Shown here: piece after piece, positions 1 through 12,949 of the stretch
Position numbering within the stretch: the stretch's first letter is position 1
How the letters are laid out: the number at the start of each line of letters is the position of its first letter
NCBI GenBank assembly: GCA_951406725.2
Contig: OX597823.1
Coordinates: 27,962,001-28,026,000, forward strand
Origin: Octopus vulgaris
Taxonomy: Eukaryota
DNA length: 64,000 nt
Direction: 5' to 3'
The notes under the pieces: model-generated
The model's input: only the letters and a program-made list of their open reading frames with translations
What the model was told of the DNA's origin: nothing
Databases searched by the model: none
Program-made: the position numbers and the translations under genes

Positions 1-63
1 TGCTAACTCTGTATAATCTTTGTTTCAGAAAATAATAAAGGCAGGCACTTAACCTACTCAAGA

Positions 64-310
64 AATGAAGAGGCATGCTATTATTGTGGTTATAAAGGTT
101 GAGCATAGCGATTGAGAAATATCTCGATTTTTAAGTTGTCAGATCTTTTGTCTATAAAGGAGTTAGAGACTGAAGATGGAAACGTATCACCAGTATCAAA
201 CCATAAAAAGCATTCTAAACGCTCTGAAATCATCAGAACACCTAAATTTATCCAGCAAGTTCACCAGATCGTTGATTACAATCCCAGAAATTCCATGAGG
301 TCAAATGCAA

Positions 311-311
<1 letters not shown>
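64..311 (+). pseudogene. Tc1/mariner-superfamily (maT/DD37D-like) transposase N-terminal fossil
   Basis: Frameshifted MKRHAIIVVIKVEHSD*EISRFL...VSPVSNHKKHSKRSEIIRTPKFIQQVHQIVDYNPRNSMRS. Homologous to the N-terminus of the element at 33600-35196. Truncated at (TA)n. Confidence 0.6.
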
Positions 312-368
<57 letters not shown>

Positions 369-371
<3 letters not shown>

Positions 372-525
372 ACAATGGTTGTGCGGTCAAGAAGTTCACT
401 TCGCAACCACATGGCTTGGATTTAGCTACTCTGCGCAGCACTTTGAGCAAGTGACTTCTGCTATAGGCCCGGGCCAAGCAATAATTTCTGAATGAACCTG
501 ACAAATGGAAATTATGTGGAAGCCC

Positions 526-602
<77 letters not shown>

Positions 603-852
603 TGTGTGTGTGTGCGTGTGCGTGTGTGTGTGTGTGTGTGCGTGTGTGTGTGTGTTTGTTTCCCCACCTCTTGACAACCGGTGTTGGATTATTTACGTTA
701 TCACAAACTGGCGGTTCGGCAAACGATGTGGATATAATAGATAGAATAAATACCTAAAATAAAAAAAAACAATACAAACTGAAGCCCAACCCCTCAAAGC
801 GGTGCTCCAGCATGACTGCAATCTGGTAACTGAGACTACGAAATAAATAAGA
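369..852 (+). mobile_element. tRNA-derived SINE family A (diverged), internal (TA)n(TG)n tract
   Basis: Colinear with the copies at 10179, 13853 and 44072: tRNA-like head, internal microsatellite, GCGGTGCTCCAGCATG tail. Confidence 0.75.
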
Positions 853-1304
853 ATATGTAATTATGAAAAAAAAAATCTTTTCTCATAATTAAAGATTAAA
901 CGAATTTGTAAGAATTCAAAAATATATTTAAGATTCGTTTATTTTATTCATGTATGAGAAATATTGCTTGCTATAAACACTGAAATATCACAACACAAAG
1001 ATATATTTTTACAACCAGAATTGTTAATTATCTTGTCTAATACAACACGGTTCTAATAAAACATTAATTGATTTTTCATTTTGTTAATTATTGAACTACT
1101 GAAGCACAGCCAGTGTTTAATTATCTCGGAAACGTTTCTAGTAATTTTGCTATTTATCACTTCTCATTCATCATAGTCATCAGTAAACTATTGAAGCTAC
1201 AAATGCTACAGATAGAGCCATCAATCACTAACCATCAATATTAACTATTAAAGCCACTAGTAACTGCTCTTATCCCAAAAACTGTTCTCGGACAAAACAT
1301 ATTG

Positions 1305-1690
1305 GTTTCAAATTTTGGTACAAGGCCAGCAGTATCTGGGGAGGAGATGAGTCGAATACATCGGCCCCAGTACTCAACTGGTATTTATTTTATCGACCCA
1401 GAAAGGATGAAAAGCAAAGTCGACCTCGGCGTAATTCAAACTTAGAACTTAAAGATAGACGAAATGCCGCTAAGCATTTTGCTCGGCGTGTTAACGATTC
1501 TGCCAGCTCATCGTCTTAATCAGTATTTAATATTGTTTTCAAATTTTGGCGCAAGGCCAGCAACTTTGGGAGAGGGGCAAGTCGATTACAACTTTGTTTT
1601 ATCGACCCTGAAAGGATGAAAGGCAAAAGTCAACCCCAGCTGCATTTGAACTCAGAACGTTAAGTCGGATGAAATGTTGCTTAGCACTTA
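1305..1690 (-). mobile_element. Two adjacent SINE family C copies
   Basis: Reverse complement of GTTCTGAGTTCAAAT...GTCGACTTTGCCTTTCATCCTTTCGGGGTCGATAAA...GTACCAG occurs twice. The central domain resembles Meta-type SINE domains (from recall, not searched). Confidence 0.75.
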
Positions 1691-2339
1691 ATCAGTATTA
1701 AATATTAAAACGACAACGAACCAATAAAAAAGCCTCTACGTTGTCATCGAACTTTTTCGAAGAAGTAGCTAAATCTCCCTCAAACCACACCTAATAGTCT
1801 TAGAAAAATTACATTGGTTAATGTAGTCCCAATGTCTTTGCACAAAGGAAAATGATGGAATAGTCACAACTCGAATACTTCTGATCACACACCTACTTAA
1901 TGTGGTTTAATCCAGGCCTAAGTAGCAACAATAGCTTCAACTGTTTTACTGTTATATACTATTGCTAGACGACTATAATGCCTATTATTTTAGACACCAA
2001 TACTAGCTGTTATAGCTACCAATTTTTACTAATATAAACACTAATACCTGCAATAACCATAACTATTGCTATAACCATCAATAACCACCAGTACAGCTTT
2101 CCTAAAATCATATTCATTTCAGAGTTACTCTTTTATATCATTCTAAATTTTTCAAGAGGAATTTGGTAAAAGCAGTTTTGTTTGTGGTTTTTACCAAATT
2201 TTACCTTTTTGCTTTCTCTTTTTCATTTCTCTTTTCTGTTTCTTTCGTTTTTTCTTTCCTCTCCTTCATTTTCGTTTTTCATTTTGTTTCTCTCCCCGCC
2301 TTTCATTAACAAGATACATTTTTGATCTTAATTTGATTG

Positions 2340-2950
2340 ACTTAAAATAGTCGAAGTGATGACACCCGTGCCTTACATTAGCAAAACTTTTCACTACACC
2401 TAGCATGCAAATCTTCTACCAAAATTGCTTGATTATGGACTTCGTCTGTCTCTTAAATGTTGGATCTACCAAGCTGCACTGACATGGCGTATATCGGTGG
2501 AAATCTCTGACTCATATGGTGTTCTTTTCTGTCGTTTCTCGTGTGACCCACAAGCAGCTTTTCCATCATAGTTTACTTAATATACAGTAACGAACTACGT
2601 GGCGCTGCATTAATCAACGTGTACTCGTATGCAGATGATACTACCCTTCATTCTACCCTCAGATTCTGAGCTCAAGTGTCATCGATATGCAGTCAAGACA
2701 CCTCACTCCACATCTACTCTAACACCAAGAACTGAGACCTCGAATACATCCTACAACAGAATCACATCAATTTTTGTTTCACCCCGAAACAAAACGAAGC
2801 AATCACTGTACATACCAAGAAAACAGGATACCCCCTCCCTCGCCTTAAACACCGACAGTACGTAATTAAATCGATGACGATCGTGTTGAATGATAGGTTT
2901 CACGTTACCTAGAACCTCTTCTAGCAAACAAACATCATCAGCATTATAAG
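2340..2950 (+). pseudogene. Decayed non-LTR (CR1/Jockey-group-like) reverse transcriptase fragment
   Basis: NVYSYADDTTLH (YADD motif) at about 2616-2651. Degenerate ISKTF (ISKAF-like) motif at about 2377. Confidence 0.55.
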
Positions 2951-3192
2951 GACTTCATGGGTACGATTCCTTTTTCTAAACTAAATCAAATACGAAACAA
3001 AGACGGCCACCAAAAAGGATTATAATCAATAACTATTATAACCAACCATAACAACAATGGCCATTCTTCCAGGAAGAAAAACTATTGTTTTCCAAGAGAC
3101 TTGAATGTAATTCTCTTGTATTTCATTTATTCTTTTGTGTAACAGACTATTTTTCACATTCGCTCATTGCTAACCCAACGCATAACATATTG

Positions 3193-3224
<32 letters not shown>

Positions 3225-4120
3225 GAAAGAAAGACAGAGAGAAAGAGAAAGAAAGAGATAGGGACCATGGAGTTAATAATCCAGAGCTGGCACAAAATAT
3301 AGCAGAGTGAATAGAGCCGTGTCATTTGCTGAAATTATCAAACCATAGAGAAATATGAACGAATGTATTTTTTTCTAGAAAAAATATGCTGTTTAATCTC
3401 TTTTCTTCTCATTCCACCTGTAGGATCTATCAAACCTATGATCAGAGATGCGTTCAGCATCATCACTATCCTGTATACTGGTAATGTCTTCTTTATCGTT
3501 CCATCGATCGAGCTGATAAAAAAATATTTGGACTTTTAAACTTCAGTAGTTTCTGATATAATCGAACTAGCAAACAAACTAAATCAACCAATGAAAAAGT
3601 AGCATCTAATTTTATGGCGGTTAAATATACAGGATGGAAAGAACAATGGACTACAAAGGCAGTGGAATGGCAAGACAGATAGAGCGTTGCGAAAACTACA
3701 TTGAGATACTGAGTTACGACCTGAGTTCAAATCCCGGGGAGACTGAGCGTCGGACAAAATAATTGAGGTTCTTAGTTATAACCCTTTCAATTCTGAGCTC
3801 AAATAACCTCGAAGAGCACTTTGCTTTTCATCCAACTGCGATCAATAAAATGAACCACCAGCTAAATAATGGACATTATGAAGTACAATAATTCACTATT
3901 TCTATAAATTAACCGATTTTATGTATTTTTTACTAGTTAAAATTTGCTCGTCCGAACTCTTTACCTGGTTAATCGAGCAATGCGGAACACATTACGCAAT
4001 GCAGTACAATGTATATTTTGTTTGAAAACCAAAAGATGGGATGGTCACTATGTGGGACGCATATAACGATTAGTCAGCTGAAATTGAAAAGAACAACGCC
4101 ACCTATAAACATCAAAAGCT

Positions 4121-4152
<32 letters not shown>

Positions 4153-4894
4153 AATAAACTCTTTAATATGTTTAATTCGATTATATCGACATTTTAATCT
4201 TTATATTTCTTCATTATGTAAATTAAATTGAAAAATAAATTACTGACCTTAATTACTCATAGACATATTTCGTATGAAACACTAATTAGAATTAGTAACA
4301 AAATTCTAATTAAAAATACTTATTTTGCGAAATAAAAAATATTAGCACGGTGACTTATAATATTTTAATTATTTCAACAAAACTGGGAGACAACTATGGA
4401 ATGTTTCAGTTTTATTAGACCTCGTCAGCGAACGTAGACACATCCCACTCTACCTGGTGAAATCGTGATCATATTTTCAATTAGGGCTGGATGATATTAT
4501 ACACCTGTTGTTATAAAAAAAAATTATCATTTTAAAACTTAAAAAAAAAAAATGACTGCTGTGAATTGTTTTGACACCATCCGCATGGAGAAGAGCAGTT
4601 AATGTAGTTTTAATAAATTAAGAAAAAAAGAATTTGAAAAATTTAATTAGAAACGCTACATTCCCAACTCGGTGGGCTCTCCTCTCATGGCCCTTGTTAT
4701 GCCTAATCCCTAAGGAACTGAACTAATTACTACATGCAGCCCTTCCTTTCTTTGAGCATCGATTCACTGGAATTCACTGTTAATACCTTTTCCTCAGGTA
4801 TTTTCATACAAAGGTTCAGGAGAAAAATTAATGACCTGCAAAGGTTATAGGCAGCTTTCATTCCTCCAGACCAAGTAAATACAACAGTTGTATC

Positions 4895-5042
4895 TGTTTA
4901 GGAAGAAGCTTGCTCTCAATCACATGGTTCCGGGTTCAGTCCCATTGAGTGGCACCTTGGTCAAATGTCCTCTACAACAGCCTCGGGTCGACCAAAGCCG
5001 TGTGAATGGACTTGGTAGACGGAAACTGAAAAGAAGCACGTC

Positions 5043-5091
<49 letters not shown>

Positions 5092-5250
5092 CCATCATCA
5101 TCGCTTGAAAACCGACGCTGGTGTGTTTACGTCCCCGTAACTTAGCGGTTCTGCAAACAAGACCGATAAAACAAGTACTAGGCTTACAAAGAATACGTCT
5201 AGCATGGCCATAGTCAACATGACTGAAACAAGTAAAAGAATAAAAAAAAA
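4895..5250 (+). mobile_element. SINE family A (5'-truncated, internally deleted)
   Basis: CACATGGTTCCGGGTTCAGTCCCA...GGAAACTGAAAAGAAGC-(TA)n-...TGACTGAAACAAGTAAAAGAATAAA. Confidence 0.8.
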
Positions 5251-6289
5251 AAATAAATGAATTGAGGTGGAAGTTAAGTTTCTTAAAGCTGTGAATAATC
5301 TATTGTTATACAAGAAATATTTAGCAAGAACCAGTTCTGGGTTTTGTTAGAACACATCATTAAGTCTCATCACAAGTGGGAAGGTTTACGGACGAGATCT
5401 AGCTTCAATTGACATGATATATACATATTGAGAGATGGTGATGCACTTTACCTTCTGTCAACTGGACAATTTCCTGCTCCTAATCAGTTATATATTACAT
5501 CTATGTTTATAATTTACTTCTATGTTGCAAATGTTCAAACTAATAATCGAATGCGTATTTGCCATATTTGAACAAACAGACCTCAGTACTTCTACAGAAC
5601 CTGACCTATGAGCACAGTAGCTACTTAAATATTTACATCGCACATATCTTCTCTTTTAACAACTGTGACACGCAACATTTCAATTTGGACATTTATTCAT
5701 GTTCTATGAAGATTATAATAATGTTAGTGCTTCTGAAATAGCAGCAGATCAACGTGAAACAGGTGATAACAACAGTAGACATCGTGCCACTGTTTTACGT
5801 AAACATGAACATTGTTTCCAGCGAATTAGTCAACTGAATCAAAATTATGATTCAATGCACATTGTTCTTTTGTTCCCAGGAGGAGAGAAAATTTGGGTGT
5901 AAATAAAACGATAACCAAATAGAATGTTATACATACAACCTGTTGCTGCGAATCAATAATTTTGAAATGCTTCGGTTCACTGTGAGACTATCCTAAGAGT
6001 ACATCGTCTGAAACCGGAAATGGTGGTGGTGGTGGGAGGTTTTCCAAATTCCTTGGAGCGTCGGATGAAATGATTTGCTGTGTTTGTTTAAGTTCTCTAC
6101 GATCTGAGTTCAAATCCTTAATGTTTCAGCCTTTCAGAATCGATTAAATAAAAACCTAGTCGAGTAATAAGGTCGATGTAACCGAATGCCAACATCTTGT
6201 GGGTGAACCTTTTACAGTGGAGCACCCAATCGTGGGGTCACCGATGATAAGTGAAGAGGTACACCAAGTGTAGTACACTGCTATCGCTT

Positions 6290-6540
6290 CAATAATATTT
6301 CTCTATAAATAAAGAGTCTTTTATAATCATTTCTCCACAGGAGATGATTGGAAGGTGTCCTTTCTGCAATATAGACACATATTTATCTGAGTTTATGTTT
6401 CTCTCACACTCCACCAGCTCTGAACAATCATTGCTACAAATTGTTCTCCAGACCACAACAGTATAGCTGCCGTGTTTCATTCCGTGTATTGTTACCAACC
6501 CAAAACGTACATGCATTCGCATCCTATCACCCACTCACAC
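6290..6540 (-). pseudogene. Tc1-like transposase fragment (second copy of the 7650-8641 family)
   Basis: MKHGSYTVVVWRTICSNDCSELVECERNINSDKYVSILQK. DNA is similar to 7960-8125. Confidence 0.7.
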
Positions 6541-7096
6541 AGATTTACCTTTCCTATTAAAAAAGGATAACGCAAATATAAAGACGACATTATCTTTAGC
6601 ATTTGGGAAAATGAATGTTAGCTCCAAAGGGCTCAGAAGAATCAGCAAGAAGAACAGAATGTCATCAAGACTAGATGAACATTTTTAAATGCCATCCTTG
6701 TAGCCGTTTTGGAGGATACGTTGTGCTTATAACCTCTTACATTGGAGATGAAGGAGTCAACAAAACATTTTCGGGATTTGGTAAGCAACGGTCTTCATAA
6801 TGGAAAGTCAGATTCGATTCTTAAACTTGCATGCAATCCAAACTAGTCTGAAATTGTTGTAGAATTTGAAGTGTATGTAAAGCCACAAGACCAGTTACTC
6901 ATGATATGCAGAATATTCCAAGTGAAGTTGAAGGAGTTGCTAAAGGAAATTATTTAGAAGAAGAATGTACATGGAGGCATAAGACAGCTGAGTTCAAGCG
7001 AGAAGAGTTTTACTGATAATCTTGGATCAACCAGAGGAACCTCAAATGGTGTTGTGCATAAGTGTATGAGTTGAGTGCAGATACACATAATCCAGC

Positions 7097-7154
<58 letters not shown>

Positions 7155-7400
7155 GAAAGAAAAAGATGAAAAACATAGATTTGTTTTGCAGGATTTAAGA
7201 GTATACCAGAGCCATGATAATAAAGATATACTTCAATTATGTTGAAAGAACAAAACCTTATTTTGTAAAAAATTGTATATCTTTATTATCATGGCTTTAA
7301 AATACCTTTAAATCCTGTAAAACAAATCTATATTTTTCATCTTATCTCTTTCTCTATAATATCCACCACGCGTGTTTCCCCACTAAAATATTTTCTACCT
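7155..7400. repeat. Fold-back insert (about 70-bp imperfect arms) between (GA)n and (TACA)n
   Basis: 7163-7231 is the reverse complement of 7275-7343. Confidence 0.85.
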
Positions 7401-7649
7401 TACATACAAAGATACATACACACATACATACATACATACATACATACATACATACATACATACATACATACATACATACATACATACACACATACACACA
7501 TACATACATACATACATACATACATACATACATACATACATACATACATCTACATATATATCTATACGACACTTTATAATCATTAAAATTTATTCAAATC
7601 TGAAATTATACATTCATATTATTTATTAATTGTTATAAGGTAAATATTT

Positions 7650-8641
7650 AATATTTAGTAGACATAACCTTTGCATTCTTCAATGCAAGGACCCTATTAG
7701 GCATGTTACTGATCAGATAACAAATATTCTCTTGTGGAATTTCTTGCCAAGATTTATGCAGTTATCTCAAAAGATCTGGTTTTGAAAAGGTTTTCTTGTT
7801 CTTCTTATGAAGTGTCCTCTCCACTATGTCCCAGAGGTGTTCAATAGGGTTAATAACTGGTGACTTACTTGGTCATGGAAACTTTTTAATGCCATTCTCA
7901 TTCAACAAATCTTGCGTCATTTTAACCGTGTAACAATGAGCCCCATATATAAATAAAGAGTATTTTTTAATCATTTCACCACTGGAGAAGATTGGAAGGA
8001 ATTCTTTCTGCATTATGATCACATATTTATCTGAGTTTATGTTTCCCTCTCACTCCAAGTGTTATGATCAACCATTGCTCCAGATTGCTCCCCAGACCAT
8101 CAAAGAGTAGCTGCCGTGTTTCATTGTTGGTTGTAATCTTTTCACATCAATTTCTTGATCACAGTCTCTAGACCCACACTCGAAATGCAGCAAAACTGGA
8201 CTCATCAGAGAATATGAGAGTGTCCCAAAATGCTAGTGGCCTCTCCACCATCTCGCTGGCCCAAACTTTTCTCCACTTGATATAGGCTGGTCAAAGAAGT
8301 GGCTTTCTTCTTGTTGCTCTGCTATAGTAACCAAGTTTGTGGAGATACTTGACACCTGTTCTGGAACTGACATAAACTTGTACTGCTATGTCAGAGGCCT
8401 TGCAACGAGGATTGTCCTCCACACTTCTCTTAGCAAAGAGAAGGGTCCTGTCAGAGGACCTTGGTTGATCTGGGTGAGGTGACGTGGACTCCTTCCCCTC
8501 TCTGGTGAGTTCCACAATCACTCTATTATCCGTAGAAAGCGGGATCCCAAGGTTTTCTATGATTTTACGCTTACTATTCCCAACTTCAGAACGGCCTTTT
8601 TCAAATTCAAAGAGTTCCAAGGCTTCTTTTGTACGTGGCAT
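7650..8641 (-). pseudogene. Tc1-family (DD34E) transposase pseudogene
   Basis: MPRTKE...[32 protein letters not shown] and WPSKSPVINPIEHLW motifs, with stops and frameshifts. Confidence 0.85.
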
Positions 8642-8936
8642 GATTAAGCAGTCACATACAGAACCTAAAACACAAAAATATCAATAAATAAAAAAAATGA
8701 AACCGTTACAAGTTAGAATAAACATGTTTTATGGGGTGTCTATTTACTTCCATCATGTCTACAGCTCTATCGTTTGCTTTTACTGTTTTGTTTTCATTGT
8801 TCTGTCTTTTACTGTTTTTACTTTTTTATTGTTTTTACTGTTTTGTTCTTATTGTCCTGTTCATGTTACCACTTTTACCCTCCACAAAATCTCCAAAATT
8901 TTATTTAATTTGCTTTGCGGGAAGGATTGTTTTAAC

Positions 8937-9000
8937 GAAGTCGCGTCTTGTCCTTACCATCGAAATGCGGAGTAGATGAAACAGGGACAGCTGAAGAAGG
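8937..9000 (+). ncRNA. Permuted (type II-like) hammerhead-like motif, copy 1
   Basis: GAAG-UCGC-GUC / helix I UUGUCCUU:AGGGACAG / CUGAAGA. Lies within a dispersed repeat (about 8780-9135) that ends at a TA-rich tract. Confidence 0.4.
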
Positions 9001-9177
9001 GTAATATTCCTTGTGATGTATGTCTTGTACTCTGTTATTTTCGTTGTTTGAAAAAAAGTTCGTTTCTAGGTTTTTGTTTTTATATTTTCGTTTCTCATTG
9101 TGTTCCACGTTTTTTTCATGTCCTGTAGGTATCTACATATATGTATGTATATATGCATATATTTATATATTATTTAT

Positions 9178-9237
<60 letters not shown>

Positions 9238-9532
9238 TGTATGTATGTATGTATGTATGTATGTATGTATTACAAACACACAAACACGCTTTCTCAATTT
9301 TCCTATAAATTGTTCCACCCATCAAAAGCAAACCCTGCCAGAAACTTTGTATAAAAGGGTTCGAAACTAAATAAAACCCTGTTCAATGACGACAAGTAAG
9401 CTGACACTTTGAAGTCACTGCCAACCTTTTCCTTAAAAAAATTAAGGAAAATTGTATCCTACAAAAACTAGTGTAATTTTTCATATTTAATGTTCAACTG
9501 TTTTTACAATTTTACATAAAAACAAATATTAA

Positions 9533-9639
<107 letters not shown>

Positions 9640-9723
9640 ATTGGTGTGTTTGTTTTTATGTACATATATGTACACACACATGCATATTCATATGTATACC
9701 TACATATGCATTGGTATAACAGC

Positions 9724-9771
<48 letters not shown>

Positions 9772-10178
9772 TTATACATACATAGATACATACGTACATA
9801 CATACGTTCATACATACACACGTACACATCCATTCATACATACATACATATATATGTACAAGTACATGCCCTTTATGCATTCATCCTCTTTATATTCTGA
9901 GCTCCAATACTTCTGGAGTTAACCATTGTTTTTCAACTCTCCCAATTCAATAAAATTCAACTAATATATCTATCAATAATGTATTGCATTTGATTCCATC
10001 AATTATAAAATCCTTAGCTTTTTGCCAATATATAAAAAAACCAATATTTGTTCCACTTAGTATAAGAATCACAATCCTTTATAATTCTTTTGTTTTCAAT
10101 TATTTTTTCAAATAAGTTAAAAAAAAATTCGCCTAATAATCGATATAGATCAATAGGAATACATTTCTTGTTCATATC

Positions 10179-10605
10179 AGGAGTGGCTGTGTGATAAGTA
10201 GCTTGCTTACCAACCACATGGTCCCGGTTTCGGTACCATTGCGTGGCACCTTGGGCAAGTGTCTTCTACTATAGGTTCGGGCCGACCAAAGCCTTGTGAG
10301 TGGGTTTGGAAGACGGAAACTGAAAGAAGCCCGTCGTATATATGTATACGTTTATATATATATGTGCATGTGCGTGTGTGTGTGTTTGTGTGTATGTGTG
10401 TGTGTTTGCCCCCCCCCCCAACATCGCTTGACATGCGATGCTGGTGTGTTTACGTCCCCGTAACTTAGCGGTTCTGCAAAAACAACCGATAAAATAAGTA
10501 ACAGGCTTACAAAGAATAAGTGCTGGGGTCGATTTGCTCGACTAAAAGGTGGTACTCCAGCATGGCCGCAGTCAAATCACTGAAACAAGTAAAAGAATAA
10601 AAGAA
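10179..10605 (+). mobile_element. SINE family A, near full length
   Basis: Box A-like GTGGCTGTGTGATAAG, box B-like GGTTTCGGTACC, internal TA/TG tract, A-rich tail. Confidence 0.85.
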
Positions 10606-11000
10606 TATCAGTGATACATTATTGTTGCTGATATTTTTCTTGTTGTGTTTATCATTGTTTAGCCCTTGGTCAGCCCTAGGTAAGTAGATTCTTGATCAAA
10701 GTTTCTTTCAGCCTTGGTTATCCGTCTTCTCTTGTCAAATGCATTTCTTTCTTTTGTGGACCGTAGAATGTATTTTTGGAGAAGGATTTAGCTGCTATTT
10801 CTTGCAGTTTAAATGATCTCCACTGAAGTTTCTTCTTCGTTGTTGACTCATACGTGATGCATATTTACAGCTGGATGGACTGGATCCACTGGAAGATGTC
10901 TCATCCATTGAAACGACAGTTTGTCGCTGTTTGGATATACACCAAAACATCCCTGTCACTCATTTAGTAGCAGCAGCCGCCGCAGCAGTGGCACTGGCAG

Positions 11001-11082
11001 TCTTCTTCTTCTTCTTCTTCTTCTCCTTCTTCTTCTTCTTCTTCTTCTTCTTCTTCTTCTTCTTCTTCTTCTTCTTCTTCTT

Positions 11083-11113
<31 letters not shown>

Positions 11114-11155
11114 TTATTATTATTATTATTATTATTATTAGTAGTAGTAGTAGTA
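11001..11155. repeat. Compound (CTT)n(ATT)n(AGT)n microsatellite
   Basis: Direct reading. Confidence 0.95.
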
Positions 11156-11506
11156 ATTTTTGTTGTTGAACATCAGGTCATCTCTGATAATGAAGGAGAC
11201 AAAATCGGTGTTCCAAACATGACCATTGCATCTTTTCTTTCAAGTACCAAGTAACTATGACAACATCATTTAACGTGACCTTCCTCTTCATAAAGACTGT
11301 TTTAAGACTGTGATTTCAGTGAGATTTAGCTACTGTTTCAAGCAAGTTGATCGACCATAAAGTGTCTATAACATGGGTCAGTGTTTAGTTCTGGCCATTA
11401 TTGTTATTGACGAGCATCAAATGAACCGTCATTGAGAAGACATATTAACAAAGCAATCCAGCCATGACCACCCACACGCTTCCTATGTACAGTAAACCCA
11501 AATCCA

Positions 11507-11912
11507 GGATCTTTTCACTTTGACCAGTAGATTTTTAAAATAATTTCTATGTAACTAAACACTTTAAACTTCGTATACTGGTAGTGTGTTACATAAAACA
11601 TCTTTTTCTCTTGGCTTTCTTGAGAAAATCCTGTAGTTTGTAAGCTATTTGTGGATTAATATGACACCGCCAGAAAATGTTGTTGACAAAATACGGCAGA
11701 TATTGTATTCACCTCAATAGACGTCATTGATTGGTTGAAATTGCCGAAATGCAAGAAATTAAACAACAAATAGCTTACAAACTACAGAATTTTCTCAAGA
11801 AAGCCAAGAGAAAAAGATATTTTATGTAACACACTACCAGTATACGAAGTTTAAAAGTGTTTAGTTACAAAGAAAATATTTTTAAAATCTGCCGGTCAAA
11901 GTGAAAAGATCC
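11507..11912. mobile_element. MITE with about 144-bp TIRs and 8-bp TSD (Merlin- or Mutator-type)
   Basis: TIRs GGATCTTTTCACTTTGACC...GGTCAAAGTGAAAAGATCC. TSD CAAATCCA at 11499-11506 and 11913-11920. Confidence 0.9.
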
Positions 11913-12039
11913 CAAATCCACATTTGCCAAAATTTTTTTTTTAAGAAGTGTATGATTTGAAGAAATTTGGCTGCTATTCGAGCTACCACGTAGAAGCTCT
12001 CTCCCATTTTTCTTTCGTGACTGTAATACATAACATTGG

Positions 12040-12475
12040 CGACTATAACAGATTTGTATTGGTGGCTGTAATAGAGAGAATTAGCAGCTCTAAGAGACTG
12101 TACTAGTGGCAGTGATAATACCGGTGGTGATTGCAATAGTTTGTATATGCGGTCATAATAGTATCGGTGGCTATAATCGTTAGTACTATTAGAATAGTAG
12201 ATAGCATTGGTGACTAATTATAGAGAGTATCAGCAGTTGTAATAGATACTATTGATAGGTATAATAGTTAATAATGGTAGCTATGATCGTTATTATTAAT
12301 GGCTATAATAATTGCTATTACTAGCTGTGATAGTATTCGAGGCTGTAATAGTATTTATGGCTGTAGCATAGAGTACTGATGGCGTTAACAGATAGTATCG
12401 CTAGCTATAATAGTTAGTGTTTGGTGGCTATAAAAGTTATTGTTAGTGGCAGTAATTGATTATATTGGTGACTGT
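12040..12475 (+). repeat. Cryptic degenerate minisatellite (GGTGGCTATAATAG-like core)
   Basis: More than 10 variants of RGTRGCTRTAATAG at roughly 20-30 nt spacing. Reverse-complement versions occur at about 1190-1265 and 1940-2100. Confidence 0.6.
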
Positions 12476-12949
12476 GTCACAAGGATCCTGCTTAAGGATT
12501 ATATCAGGGATATATGTGTCTGTGGAATACTAAGTTTCTTACAAACCGAAGTCAATGTGCAGGTGGTACGGTTGATGAAACAGGTGAATATTTAGCGTCG
12601 AAGCCGATGGAGAATCATTTACTTGTTATTCTCTTAAAATCCAGGATCTGTGCGAATGTTGGTCGCTTTTCAGAGAAAATATTCTTGAGGTATCTCAGGT
12701 CAGGGCCAACAACTGTATTTAACTGATGGTCATCTAATTACAGGGTAGTGCTGAACTACAGATCAAACGGATGTTACGCTAGTAACAAATCTTGGCGAGC
12801 AATCCAGATTTGAGAACATGAATTATGTTGGCAAATAACCATTATTGCGGCTTGTTAAAATTCGTTAATGCTGTGTTGTAAATATATTGTGCGATTTCCT
12901 CCAGAATGCAATTCATGAACATATGAAATAGAATCCAGCCAGATTCAGC

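Noticed and set aside
166-191. CUGAAGA-UG-GAAAC-GUA hammerhead-like string
   Set aside because: No helix II, only a 2-bp helix I, and it lies in transposase coding sequence (ETEDGNVS). It shows that core boxes alone occur by chance.
5960-6025. CUGUGA-GAC...GUC-U-GAAACCGGAA
   Set aside because: The core has a deletion, there is no NUH and no helix I.
10560-10605. SINE A tail stem-loop followed by GAAACAAGUA, resembling an HHR 3' half
   Set aside because: No CUGANGA-like box upstream in any copy. More simply a LINE-derived 3' stem-loop.
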